This document shows, one piece after another, positions 1 through 14,200 of a stretch of DNA of 64,000 bases. This stretch comes from a virus (taxonomy: Duplodnaviria; Caudoviricetes), in the IMG/VR virus record IMGVR_UViG_3300028888_000053, positions 1 through 64,000 of that record; one strand, given 5' to 3'. The notes under the pieces are model-generated. The model saw only the letters and a list, made by a program, of their open reading frames with translations. It was not told where the DNA came from and searched no databases. The position numbers and the translations under genes were made by a program. Within the stretch, counting starts at the first letter, position 1; each line of letters starts with the position of its first letter.

Positions 1-2
1 TA

Positions 3-170
3 CACAAATGTAAGTATTGCTATGCTTCTTATGACTTTGATAAATGTGATGAAAATTATAATTTACATGACCCGGAATCACCTATATTAATTGGATGGCC
101 TAAATTAGACCAGACAATAATTGAAATGAAACCAAAGAAATTAAATACAGGGCAATTAACTTTTTTATAA
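3..170 (+). CDS. DUF1848-family protein, C-terminal fragment (gene starts before the window)
   Basis: Frame 3 reads HKCKYCYASYDFDKCDENYNLHDPESPILIGWPK...QLTFL-TAA. The HxCxYCYA ... HDPxSPxLIG pattern is the typical DUF1848 C-terminus. Confidence 0.75.
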   Translation, partial: HKCKYCYASYDFDKCDENYNLHDPESPILIGWPKLDQTIIEMKPKKLNTGQLTFL

Positions 171-172
171 AA

Positions 173-697
173 ATGAAGAAAATATTATTTACCTTATTAT
201 TACTTTGTAGTTCTTTGATGTCTTACGGACAATCAATGTTTAATACTATTAAACATCTTGATAAATTTGATGATGTAACGAAGACAGAAAAAGTCAAAAC
301 GTTAGTTGATGGTGATCCAAATGATCTTTCTTTTATTGTAGAAACAAAAGGAAAAGCAAAGAAGACATATTATATTTTCCCAGTTTGCGGATTATATTCG
401 TATGGAAGTGCTGATTCTATTGTTAATATCGTTAAAAATGTATATGGATATCAAGATGATTATGTTTGTATAGAAGCATCAGATACACTCAAACATAATA
501 AATGGTATAATGAACAATATGAAAAAGCAGATATTGATGACGATATAACAACTGCTGTTAATATTAGAAATAATAGTCCTTATATAGTTACTATTGTAAG
601 AAGAGTTGTTACAACTCAATATACAGGAGATTATCTTAATGAAATATTCTGGATTCAAAAACCAGATGGTTCAAGAATAGTATACTGTAATGAATAA
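173..697 (+). CDS. Secreted/periplasmic hypothetical protein with signal peptide (174 aa)
   Basis: ORF track. N-terminus MKKILFTLLLLCSSLMSYG|Q is a Sec signal peptide with Gln at +1. TAA stop followed by a terminator. Confidence 0.8.
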   Translation: MKKILFTLLLLCSSLMSYGQSMFNTIKHLDKFDDVTKTEKVKTLVDGDPNDLSFIVETKGKAKKTYYIFPVCGLYSYGSADSIVNIVKNVYGYQDDYVCIEASDTLKHNKWYNEQYEKADIDDDITTAVNIRNNSPYIVTIVRRVVTTQYTGDYLNEIFWIQKPDGSRIVYCNE

Positions 698-704
698 AAT
701 AATT

Positions 705-754
705 AAGCCCCCAGTTAGGAGATTTTGCGTCTCTTAGCTGGGGGCTTTTTTTTT
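705..754 (+). terminator. Intrinsic terminator at the convergence of the + and - gene blocks
   Basis: Stem AAGCCCCCAGTTAGGAGA / TCTCTTAGCTGGGGGCTT followed by a T run; lies between convergent genes. Confidence 0.85.
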
Positions 755-762
755 ACTAAAAT

Positions 763-858
763 ATGAAATTGATAATTGTAATATTATATTTTTTACTTAT
801 TGCTATTATTGCAAGATTAATAGTATTGTTAATTGCTTACTTATTTGATAAGCTTTGA
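763..858 (+). CDS. Possible 31-aa hydrophobic membrane peptide
   Basis: ATG763 MKLIIVILYFLLIAIIARLIVLLIAYLFDKL-TGA. May be a chance product of AT-rich DNA. Confidence 0.3.
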   Translation: MKLIIVILYFLLIAIIARLIVLLIAYLFDKL

Positions 859-3800
859 TTTACCTTTTCTATTTTACCAAGCGTATCTTTAAAGACTCTA
901 ATTCCAGGCATATTATTATACATATATGCTTTCCAATTTTTCTCTCCAAAGATCACCTTCATTCCATCAGATAATACTTTTACAGATACATTTGCTGCAC
1001 TTGGTTCTATATCATCTGTAATATACTAGATCATAGCAAACGGACCTTTAAAACCATCATATGAATTTATAGTAGATTTGTATATAGCTTCTATGAATAA
1101 ATTGCTAAGAAGATTATCAGTATCCATGTTTTTCTTATGTTCTTCATAGGCAGGAGTAAAAAGAAAACCAAACAATAAACCAAACAACCACCACATTAAT
1201 AAATCTGCACAAGCTTTTTTAAAGTTAGCCATTTCATATTTATTAGATTTTAAATATCTCCATGTACCCTGTGGTCCATCTTCTCCAAATACTTTTTCTA
1301 TCAATGTACCAAGTGTAAAGATTATTCCCTATACTGGCAATGGAATTTTATCTATTACTGGAGTATATTTAACATTTGGATCAAGTTCATTTCCAAATTC
1401 ATCAATAAACGTACCGTTGGAAGTCTTTTCAACTATAAATCCGTCTTTATCCATATATAATTCATTGCCGGAAAAATCATCTCGTTTTATTAATAAATTT
1501 CCATCGGCATCTCTAGTAGTAAAATATTCACTATAATATCCTGGTTTTCTAAACCATGCTGCTGCTTGTCCATTTAACCAAGTTGTAAAAACTCCAAATG
1601 TTTGGCCTAAGAATATATTTTCATACATTGCCTTTTGTGATTTGTCATAAGCACCATATATTCCATCTGCGAACATTTTAAACTATCGAATTTCATTTTG
1701 CTAATATGGTTCAGGCAACGGAGTAGCGTTTCCATCATAAGTTATAGTATTATTTGGATGTTCCTGATTATATGTCCGTACCGCTGCATAATATAGAGCT
1801 TTTTGTTCTAAATATTTTGGATGATTTTCATTTCCAGATGCGTAAATTTTAAATCGTTCATCTTCTTTCCAATTATATTTTAATTGATGAGTTTCTTCAT
1901 CTAATGAAAAAGCTCCCCATACGCCGTCTTGTAAACACCTAGCAACAAATAACGTCATTCTATTAAGAAAATCTGGAGCTCTTAATGTTGAATAAGCCCA
2001 TTGATCTGGATTAAAAATACCTCCTCGCCCCATTAAAGCTCTTTCAGAAATACGAGCAGCATCAGTATTTGATAATCTATATCGCAAACAAAGTTCAGAC
2101 ATAATATTAATATCTCTGTCACTTTTAAACATATCCTATAAAACATGTTTATATCCTTTGCGAACATATTCAGCTTTTAAATCATTCTAAAAATGAGTTG
2201 CAGTCCGCATAAAATTTTGCCATAATCCCTCAAATGAATCTCTAAATGCAGATCTAATATTTCCAGCTATAAATAAATGAGACATTAATCTTTTTGCTGG
2301 GGTTAAGAATTCCATGGCCTAAATAGACAGATCCTCCATAATTGTTTTTCCGAAAACATTAATTTTTAAGTATTTTGTAATTTCATCAATACTTCTCTGT
2401 AAAATATCTTTAGCTTTTTGACCTTCTGTGCTTCCTAGTAACTACATTTCCATAATCAAACACTTACCCTAAAAAGCAACCTTTGTTAGTTCTTTTGTCA
2501 TGATTTGCTTCTCAATAAAATGAGCTATAAGATATTCTATATTTGTCTCGAAATAATCATCTTCGTGAGTATTTAATATTTGCTTTCTAACTTCTGGACT
2601 ATCTACAGAAGCTGCCAACGCGTTATGTACTGTCAATTTAAACAATGGTTCATTTCTTTCGGCATTATCAGAGAAATTATTTTCACTCTGTCTTTCTTGA
2701 TGTTTTGATTTTAAATATTCACCAAAACCTAGTTTTCTCATTTTTGAATATTCTTCCTTAAAATGATTTTTTACACCTGATGTGCCATTTTTTATTTGGT
2801 GTGCTGTAGATCCTCTCTCGAGTGGAACTCTAAGATATGAACGTCTATTGTTTTCATCTTGTAGCCAACTTACAATTTTTGGATCGTTATAAGAAGAAAA
2901 TGGGAATGAATATTCTGCAATTCTTTCTGCTTTTAATTTACCAAACTAAAATAAAATAAACTTTAAGAAATCTCTTTGTTTTTCATTTAATGCTGCGCTA
3001 GATACTTTATCATAAGGATTTACAAAATACCATGTTTTATTACCATTAGCATCTACTTCAAACATATCTTTAAAAACACTTTCTGCAGATCCTAATACTG
3101 CGGATTTTACTACTCCGTATCCAGTATCTTCATAAAATTCTTGAATTTTTTTTCGAATAGGTGAATATATTTTATCGAACTAAATAGAGCTTTCATCCAA
3201 TGCACGTGCATATAGATTGGACATATATCTCACATTTTCATCTGGATTTGCATATTGTGGTAACATATATCTTGAAAATGAATCTATCGCTTTAACCTAT
3301 GGACTTTCAATACCATTATATCTATTAATAGTTTTAATACATTCTATATAGATATTTGCGATAATTCTTTTATCTTTATTTTGAGAATTTCTGTCATTAA
3401 TTATAGCATTTGGATCTCTACCATTTTCTATATTTTCTACAACTTCTTGTAATTTAACTATTTGGGCCTCTTTAGATGTTAAATTTTCAAAACCATTTAA
3501 ACCCAAAGAATTAATTAATTCATTTTTTTTACTTGTAGATAATTCACTACCATTTAATAATGATTGAGTATATTGTACAATCAAAGTTGTGGAATCTACA
3601 AATTGTGTTTTATTAAAATTAATTTTATAGTCAGATAAATCAGAAATATTATTTTTTAAATATCTAACAATAACATTAAATTCTTTAACCATATCTTTTG
3701 CATGTCTATAAAGACCGTCACCACCAGAATATGGTGTAATCACTTTAATGTCACCTAATTTACTATCTTCTCCAAGCTCTGGTATAATCTCATTTAATAC

Positions 3801-5597
3801 AGCTAATGCTCGTATAATCTCCATATTGCCATATGTTGCCTCCATTAATGTTGGAGCATTCATATCTTCAGTATAATAACCTAAAATAGTTTTTCTTTTT
3901 TCTTTTAATGGTATAAATTCTCTTGGACGCAATGCACTAGGTACTACTATATCAACCTATCCAGTATTTTTATTTTTAAATAACAATATTCCGCAAGAAT
4001 ATAATTTATCATTTTGTAAAAGTTGCCAATCATGTTCTCCATCTGCATTTTCATCTAAATACATTGCCAATGAAGAATCAGCATAAGCAGCTGAAAATCT
4101 AAAACCTCTTCGATTTTGGAAACCACTTCTTACATTGTAATTATTAATAATTTCTTCAATAAGGTTTTCAACAACAACTGGTTCACCTCTTGCAATAATA
4201 TCTAATCTTTCAGATACTTTAGCAATTAAATCAGGGTTATTTAATGGCGATTGTGGATTAGAAGACTTTATTTCGGTTCCATCTTCAAATGTTACAACCC
4301 ATTCATCATTAATAAAATGAATTTCTTTTATATGTTCTCGAATCCATGTTTTTGCGGACAACTATAAGCCTTTACTTTTAGCATCATATTCTGGATTGAT
4401 ACATCTACTTAAAAGATCAGCTCGCTCTAAATCGGCATGAATGGTTAAATCTCGTATTGGTTCGCTATCAATCTATACAACATTTTTAACATCCTATTCA
4501 TATTTTGTCAAATAATCTTTTTCATTGCGTACAGAATATGTAATAATGTTATATACGCTTAGACTATGAATTTTAGTACAAACTTCATCTTTATTCGTAG
4601 CATCATTATATGTAACACCTAATGGAATATTATAGAAATTGACATTGTTTTGTATATTTCCATCTTTATCTATATATTCTACTGGAATCCCATTAGCTGC
4701 CAAAATACGTTTAATAAGAGCAACCTCATATGTATATTTTAAATCTTTATTTATAGACCATTTTTTTGGATCCATTGTTGTAGTTTTAAAATTAAAAACA
4801 TGAACAACTCCATTTTTGTCTATATATAATTGATCTATATGACATGCTATCGTCTCATCTGATCCTGCTAATTTAGCTGTAAATGTTTTGTTAAATCGTG
4901 ACGTACCTTCATAATCATCTGGTCGCAAACCTTTTAACTAAGTATTTATTTTTTGTTCAATTGTGTTTAAAAAAGTTAATAATATACTTTCGCTATTAGG
5001 ATCATCTTTAATTTTATTCCATAAATTAGGTACATTAGGTTCAACGTACTTTCTTACAAAATCATTCCAAGAGTCACCATTAATTAGATTTCTATGAAGA
5101 AATGCTAAAGTAATTAATTCATGAATATCCCTAGCATCCAACTTGGTTTTATCCCAAGATGTAAATTTCATATCAATTTCTTCTTTGGCCTCTTCTTCTG
5201 TTAACTTATCTGTATTAATTAATGCCTGTGTTGCGTATTTAGCAAATTCTTCTCTATCGATAAACATTCTAGCATTGAACTTCGGCTATCCATCCCATGC
5301 CGTGATACCATACATATCAAGATATTGACATGGTGTAATATATCCGTGATCAAATCCATATTCATCATCAACTGTAGATGATTCTTTTGCAATAAGTTGT
5401 TTCTTTTTAATTGCATCATCAACTTTTTGCGTAGTTATTTCTTTACTTAAACTATGGTGTCCGTCATATTTTAAATTTATTAAATCTTCTTTTGTATGTA
5501 TACCTTTCATTAAAATGAATGTACATAACTAACTTCTAGTAAATTCAAGCGTATATTCACCAAACTTTATTTTATATTTACAATTATCACTTTTCAT
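837..5597 (-). CDS. Giant virion/ejection protein (1586 aa, TAG=Gln) with a PD-(D/E)xK nuclease-like domain
   Basis: Track ORFs ending at 1026, 1329, 1701, 2469, 3297, 3957, 4494, 4938 and 5286 share one frame and end in TAG. Start MKSDNCKYKIKF at 5597, TAA at 837. Motif HIDQLYIDKNGVVHVFNFKTT at about 4779-4850. Confidence 0.8.
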
Positions 5598-5598
5598 A

Positions 5599-8247
5599 TT
5601 ATTTACAATTTTCAACTATTACACCTTCTTGTAATGTATCACCGATATTACTATCGATAAAACGATTTGCAGCTTGTGTGATTTTTGCATCTGGATCAAA
5701 TCCAATACCTAATTTTGTTTTCGTATTTCTTACTAATGATGATAGATTTGCTATTATCATAAATGGTTTTGTAGCGTTTTTATATAAATCCGGCAATGTT
5801 AAGTTATCAAAAATTGTACTCGATGTTACAGCCTCATCAACTGGACCAAAGAGATCAGAAACATTTATATTTTGATCAACGGATAAATATTTAGAATACA
5901 TTTCAGCAAAAAGCTCTTCTAGATAATATAACTCTTTTTCATCTTCAGATAACTACTGAACAACTTTTAATTTCGCATATCTGTCTTTAAGAGAATTATA
6001 AGCCTGTGCTAATCTTACATTTTCAGGCTGTTTTAATAATTCTCCTAATTTCATTAGTAATCCTTGATAACTATTAGGATCTTTGACTTTTAAAATTCCA
6101 ACTAGTAAATGTGCATATTCATGAAATAATGTACCATAACTTGCAGATGATGCATTCAAATATATTACACCGCCATCATGAAATCCATGTCCTTCAATAC
6201 CAAATCGTTTGATGTAATCTTCATTACTAAGAATTTGTACCTAAATACCATGCTCATTAAAAATTGTAGCCATTGACTATAATGTTAAGAATGACGTACT
6301 AACTGGCTATATTTTTTTTGACGGTGTATCATCATTAATATTGCTAGGTAATTTTGTCACAAACATAGTGGACTAGTGAGTAAATGGATTATAAACCTAT
6401 GTGTTAATGGCATATAATATCTCTTGCGCACTGTCTATTTCATCTAAAACATTTATAACATCATCTTTATATAATTCATATAATGTTGGGTTTAAATAGA
6501 ATGAAGCATTTCTAGCAAAATGTGAATAAAAAATAGCGGCCTTATCGACTGTATTCATTTTTGCTAAAATATCCTGTGCTAAATCTGGATCAAAAGTAGT
6601 ATTTACAAATTCTTCAAACTATCCCATTGTATAACCATAAGGTAAATTGTAGGGTCCTTTTGTATAGTCGATAGTAGCAACAATATCTCCTACTTTATAT
6701 TGTCCTCTAATAGTTATTTTTGATACATCAGAACTAGCTTTTTGTAAATCAGTATGATCAAAAATATACATAGGAATTTTATCATATGTATTGTTAATAT
6801 ACTATATAACATCATTCTTATCTAAGAATTTTTTTGGCGCTTTTGTATTTCTTGAGAATGGTTTGTTTGTTGCAAAATATTTTCTTACACCTTTATCTTC
6901 ATATGAATAAATATAAAATCCTTTGTAACGATCTTCCAACTATGGCAATAATTCTGTATTTGACATAAAATCAAGCTCATCAACCAAGGAATTATATTTT
7001 CGTTTAAAGAATAAATGTTTACTATCAAATGAATCCAAATAATAGTTTGCAGATTTTTGTCCATAAAAGAATCGTACCAATGACTCAATTGGTTTCTTTT
7101 TGATATCTATTCCTCGCTATTTAAAATATTCCTTAACTGTTTGAATGTCTAGAACTTTTAATTTTCCATATGGCTTCATTGCCGTTTCCATCGTTAGTAC
7201 TAGATCATCATTTGTTGTTATATTGTAATTCCAGCCTAGTAAAGTCCGTATTTCTCTAACTACATTATAATATGTATCTAAAGATAAATACGTTATCCAG
7301 TCATTCTAATGCGTAATAAAGTGCTCTAAAAACTCTTGTAGATTATTAATATCTGGCAGATTCTTTTTTTCCTTTATGTTATTTAATTGATTGGAGAATC
7401 TTTTAATTGTTTCGTCATTATAATAATCACTATCAATCTATTTAATTTTAATATCTAATTCAGCTTCTTTTGATGCAATTATTTTATTAAGCTCATCAAT
7501 TTCTTTTTCCCATCTTGCAATTCTATCGTTTAATATTTTTCTTCTAGCTATTTGAGGACGTTTTGGATTTTCGTTTTGATTTAATTCTTTTAAAGCAGTT
7601 TGCGCTGGTATTAACCACTATTTCTAAATTCTGTTTATTTTCTATTTTTCTTCTATAGCATCTTTATCCTTCTTATATCTATTTTTTAAGTCTTCTTTAT
7701 ATTTTTTAATTTTATCATCTATTTTTTTAATGTCTGAATTTAATTCTAATTTGACTTTCTTATCATATAATTCTTTCAGCGCATCCAATTCTTTTGATTC
7801 GAGATTTAACTTCTTAATAATATTCTTTAACCGAATATGCATAGCAAAACCCTTTATGTTTGCCTTCGGAACTACATAAACTTCATTTGCTCCCTAAATA
7901 ACTCTTTGCATTCCCCAAAAGTTTTCAGATCTGATATTTTTATTATCATTTACTAAAATTACAGGTGGAATATCTGAGTCTTGACCCCAATCTTCATCTG
8001 GAAATGCAATTAATAAATCATCCTTTGTATGTGTTGGAACCAATACATCATTTGGATTATAATCAACTAATTCTGATTTAGTGAGAGCGTCTCCAATCTA
8101 TTGAATTAACGCCTTTTTAGTTGCATCATCAACAGATTGGAGGCTTTCTGCAATGGTTTGTAAACCATTAAAATCACTCTCTTGTTCAAAATTAGTCTCA
8201 ATTTCAATTGCGCCGTTCTTTGTGTTAAAGATAATTTTACACGCCAT
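5599..8247 (-). CDS. Virion/ejection protein with C-terminal zincin metallopeptidase domain (882 aa, TAG=Gln)
   Basis: Start MACKIIFNTKNG overlaps the upstream stop. Frame shared with ORFs 5599, 5953 and 7642. LFHEYAH (6109-6123) plus downstream LEELFAE. Ends VENCK-TAA. Confidence 0.8.
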
Positions 8248-11200
8248 GACAATCAATTCTAATTTTTAATATTCTATCACGTTCTAATTGATCTAATATT
8301 TGTTTAATATAATTAACGTCTTGTCCACTAAGTCCATTTTCTATATATTTTGGCATTCCAATACTTGGTGCATATAATACAGCGTCAGACATAAAATTAT
8401 ACAATCTTTCAGCTTTTACTTCATCGGATTCTCCTTGTAAAAATTTAAAAGCTTGATATTCTTGATATCCAGTTCCGGCAGGTGCATATGGATTTTCACG
8501 CATTTCATAATGAGATCCTTTATAATCTGTTACTATAATGAATTTTTCCTATGCTCTGCGTTTGGTATATCTTGAATATATAGGAGCCATTTTAAATTGT
8601 GCAGTTTTAGTATCAAATGAAAGTTCTGTAGTTAAATAATCTTTTAGTCCACCATTCATAAATGCGAATTTAATTTTATAATCTTCTTCTCCAAGATATT
8701 GGACATAATCTGAAATTAAATTGGAACCTTTCATTAAAGATGTCCCAAATAACTATGTCATTCTATCATTACCTGGTCTGTTTTTATAAACTACCAGACT
8801 ATATAACATTACATAATCAGCTAACTTATATGGAGTTTGATTAAAATCATCTAATCGTCGCAAAGCTAACATAGCTCTCTAATATTTTGCAGCGGCACTA
8901 TTATCTTTTTCAATATTACTCATTCTAAAAGACATTTTTTTAATTGGATAACCAGACTCCATACCATCAATAATATATTGTGTTAAATCATATAATGTAG
9001 AATCAACTTTGATTTTTTCTCCATTAATGTATACAATACCATTTGCTATCTGTGGAAGCAGATAATTTTCAAACCATTTTTTAAAACTAGCTACATCATA
9101 ATATGTTTTTAAATCCTGCATTACACTAATTTGATTTTTCTAAATATCCATACTTTCTGTATAATACTCTTGACCTTTGTTAATTGGGAATTTAATATTC
9201 CTATCCTACAAAAATTTAGATATTAAGAGTTCGTCAGAATAGTTAATGAGTTTTTTAATTTTATCTTCATCAAAGAATACTTTTTGCTATTTAAGTAAAA
9301 TACGCATTTCATCAACAATTGCGGCTTTTACAGACGATATTCTTAAAATCTAATATACCGTATCATAAGCCTAAAAAGCGATAAAATGATTTGGTATTTT
9401 TGTTATAACATCAAAAATATTATAAGTATCTTTAATAATATTGTAAAAATCAATAGCTAATTCTCTATACTATTCATCTGTCATAAATCTATGAAAGTCA
9501 AAGGCAGTATCAATATGTGCATTGGATGCTTCAATAATAATATCATTTGCATTTAATGGTAATATTTTCTATGATGCTGTAAGTTTTTCATTAGTTTTAT
9601 TTATATCTAACTAATTTGTCGCTTCATCATAAACTATATATTTTGCAGCTTGAGACTCCATCATATTTTCAAATCTATGTATTTTGTGTAATAATTCAGA
9701 AAAGCTTGTTGGCATACCTCGATTCCATCCAAGTAACGTACCTAGATTTGTTGTTTCCTAAGAACGATTGTAAACTTTCTCAAATTCATCAAGGTCTTTT
9801 TCTAATCCATCATTATCTTGTAGCTCAGCATACTATTGTTTTGTTGCTTCTATTTCACTCTATATTATAGAATACTATTCATGTAATCTAATAAATTTAA
9901 GCCATATTTTTTTATGCTCATCTGTTATTAATTTATTTTTAATCGTATTTAAGTCTTCTGGATGAGTTTTAAACCAATCAAACATGGCTTTAAACTTTCC
10001 ATCATTAGTTGTTGTATTATAGTTTGTAATATGTGTTGCAAACGGTTCTACATACCTTATTTTCTAACGATCGAAGTACAATGATGTAAGGCTACCATAA
10101 GCAATTTGTAATTCAGGTGTTGAAATATATTTATAAAGATTAATTTCACCTTTAGCTTTTGCAATTGCATCTTTAACTTTGGTAAAATTATCATATTCAT
10201 TAAACATATTTACTTCCAAAAATTTCGAAATTAGCTCAATAGCAGGACTCGTCATAAAAGAAACAATATCTGCCAAATCATATCCTTCAATTAATAAGTG
10301 TAAATACACTCTTGCAAGATCTTTTCCTGCATTAATTTTATTTAAAATTAATTCTTTTGCATTATCAGTTGCAGCACTTAATAATTGAGATATTAAAAGG
10401 TCTGCCTATGTGTGATTTTCAATCTATCGATATGTTTCTAATGCAAGATCTTCATTTGATATAAATGGATTGTTTGATTTGATAGCATCCTAAATAGCTG
10501 CAATATTATTAAATTTAGCTTTTAAATCATCTGCATTTTCAATGCCATACCAATTTGTATCTGCAATTGCTGTTTTAGTCATTTTAATTGGAGATTGTTT
10601 TGAACGATTCTGTATACGAGTAGTAGTAGATATAAATCGTACTCTTTCGGCCCATTTATCGTCATTAGAACGAATAGCTTCATTCATATAATATGTTAAA
10701 TACATAAACACTTTTTCTCCTACGGCTGAAATGCCAATTACAGCTTTACCATCCATATTCTATTTCTACATGATAAATTTTGTAGCTGGATTCATTCCAG
10801 TCAAACTATAAATTAGATTTCCTTTAGAAGATCTATCAGATTGCTTTCTTAAATCACTAATAGTAATTGGAGAATATGCTAATGGCATATTTTTAGGATC
10901 TGAACTAACAATCTAAGTTCTAGCAGATACTGCGTTTTTATAAATATCTTCTCTCTAATCTGGATTAATTTTTGACAAGAAATCTTCATGAGATTTTATA
11001 TTTTCTAAAATATAACGCAAATTATCAAGCACTGGTTTAATCGTTATTGTTTTATCTATTGCAGCCTCATCAAGTTTTTTAATTAATATAGCATATTTAT
11101 TAATCATTTCAACTTTTCTGCCAGCTTGGTCTAAGTTAGCAATTTCCTATAAATCATTATTTATATCAATAACTGCTAAATCGTTTTCAGAAATCTGAAC

Positions 11201-14200
11201 ACCAGCAGACGTTGGTAATCTTAGTGATGCATTTAATGTTTCTTGTGATGCAAAATCAAATAATGGTGACCACTTTAAAAACCTTCCATTATTATCAAAT
11301 GAATAACCCATGATATACGCTTTATCAATATCATAGTCAGATCCTTGTAATAATGTCTATATATGAGATACCATACATTCATTTTCTCCAATAGGAATAA
11401 ATCCAACTAGTTTCATTTTCATATAAGACTATAATGATTGAGCTGGAATTCTTGCAACAGTAAAGTATCTTGATAAAACAAACGACTCTTTTACCTACTA
11501 CTTTAATTTTTCATATAATTGCGTTATAGCTTCAGTATAAGTTATAGCCTAGCCATTTTCTTCAATTCTAAATGGATTACGATTTATATATAATCCTAAT
11601 GCTGTTTGAGACGGATCACTAATTGCATTTACAAATTTAGATGCAATATTTATTGATTCATCATAAATATCATCTATATTAGTTCGATAATGAAGAATGT
11701 CTGTTAATAAATTTAGATTTTTACTATTTTTATTTAATTTTCCATTTAACTGTACGGTTACACAATTAGAATCAAGTGCAATTCTATATAATGCATTGCC
11801 AATAAATTCCTGTACAGACTAGTCGGAGTATGTTTCAATGGCATCTTTATCAAAATAATAATAAAGTTGATTTTTTGTTCTTTTACCAAAATCTACAGTG
11901 CCATAATATTTTTTTACAAAGTATATATTTTGATATACTTTACCATCTTTATAACACAATTCTTTTCCTGTATCTTTTTCTACAAAAATATCTCCTTTAA
12001 TTACCCCTTCTACAACTTCGCCATTAGTTCGTACAAACTACTAATGACGCTAATCATAACGGTAGTCTTGAGTTTCTGCCTGAATTCCGATTTGATAAAT
12101 GGGTTCTTGAATTTCTTTATCTCTTGATAAAGCCATAATTCGATTGCCAACTATTTTATGTCTAATGGTTTTTGTAGATAATTTTTGCGCTGGTTTTTGA
12201 AAACAAATTCCAATCTATTTTTTATTTCCAACTAAAATTAAATCAGAATCTGGAATTATTAACTGATTAAATTTACGGGGAACAAAAGATTCAATTGATT
12301 TTGCTAATGTATTATTACCTTGTCCAAATGTACTTTTATAAATATTAGACATCATTAACTCGGCCTCTTGTACATTTATCGAATTGTCATCAATTTGTAC
12401 ATTTTCCTATAATACTACTTTGCCAGTATTATCATCATAAATATATAATGATGCTATATGATTATCTACTAAATTATTTATTGCTTGTTGTATTGCATTA
12501 CGATCACGATTACCATAATATAAAGCATCTCTAACAGGTTTAAGGTTATATAAATTATTAACCTTTCCTCCTATTGTGAACTATATTCTTTGAGGACGTA
12601 AACTTCTAGGTTTTGTTAAATCTTCTTTAAATCTAACATTCTTAGATAACAATATTATATATTCATTATCTAACTCTTGCATAAATGATTGTGTAGATAA
12701 TACTTCTTCTAAGGCATCTTCATCACTTATAGTAGTACCTTGTGAAGCGTAATATAGAATAACCTAATTTTTATACTCCTCTAATTTTGTATGCAATAAT
12801 TCAAGATAGTCTTTAGCTGAAATTGATTTATCTTTTCGGTGTTTAGCTATGAAATGATCCCAATCTCTATCAACAAAATGATAGTAGTCTGTAATATCTT
12901 CTAAATCAAAATATACATTTGGATGCCCATCTATTACAGCAATATCTACAGGCTGAAATTCATCTATATCTTTATAATTAGATTGTTCTTGCACATCATT
13001 TAAGTATGCCTGAACTAATAATTTATTTTCTTGAATCTACGAAATTTTTTGCGATGTATATATTGGTATTTGATACTATTGATCATTAGAATCAGTACTA
13101 CTTACAAAACCTGGATTAAAACCAAAATTCTATAACTAATCAATTTCTAAACGCCCACTTAATGTGGTTTCATTGTCTAATGTTATTTTAGAACCTATTG
13201 GTAAAAAGTCATTTAATGCTAAATATAATTTTGTTCTTTCTAAATTAGTTAGTTGTCTATTTGCTGGGACTCCAGATTCAGTATCTAATTTATAATGAAT
13301 AAAATATAATTGAGGATCATCATTAGACTAAATGATCTCGAAACCAATTTGATGCTCATATCTGTCAACATCCTGTAAAGATTCATTAAATCGCCACGTT
13401 CCAGTACCATTAAGAGAGAAGAACCAAGCATTGTTTTGCACTCCATCGTCAGAAGTTTTAATATACTATGAAGTTTTTGCATTCTATACAATTCTATTAA
13501 TGGCATTTGTAGTAATAGTTCGTGCTCTTCCATTACCAATTTGTTCAACATATTGTATAGAAGAAGCCTTTTCTAATACATCATCAAATAATAAGTCTTC
13601 TTCTCCAATATGGAATATTTGAGCTTTTTTATATCCTGGCACCATAATAGTACCAAGACCAGCATATTTTCTTTTTAATGCTTTTTTGTTAATCCTACTA
13701 GTAAAATTAGCAATAATATCATTAAATATATTCGGATCAGAAATTGGTAGTTTAAAATCATCAAACTAATGTCCGTCACCTCTAATAAAATTAGCCTTAA
13801 GAGCATTAATAATATTCGTACTTAAGTCTGTAATATTTCTTGCAATATATGTATTGATAAATGATCTTGCAAAAGTATCATAAATATCTGATGCTAATTG
13901 TTCTCTTTCCTATGGAGTTGCATTTTTATTAATAATATTAATGAGTTGCTCAACTTCTACTCTTAATCCCTCTGCTGCAACTCTTCCAAGGTCCTAAAAT
14001 GCCATTTTAGCAAATTCATGAGTATAGCCACCAGCGTCCAACGATGCAATTACCTATGTAGGCTCACTTAATTCCGCCTAATCTGCTTCATGGTCACCAT
14101 TTTGCTAAATTCCAAGACCAGCATTACTTAATACTGTATATAATAAAGAAGAATCATCTGTGTAAGCATTGCTACTATTAACGTTAAACTAACCTCTTTT

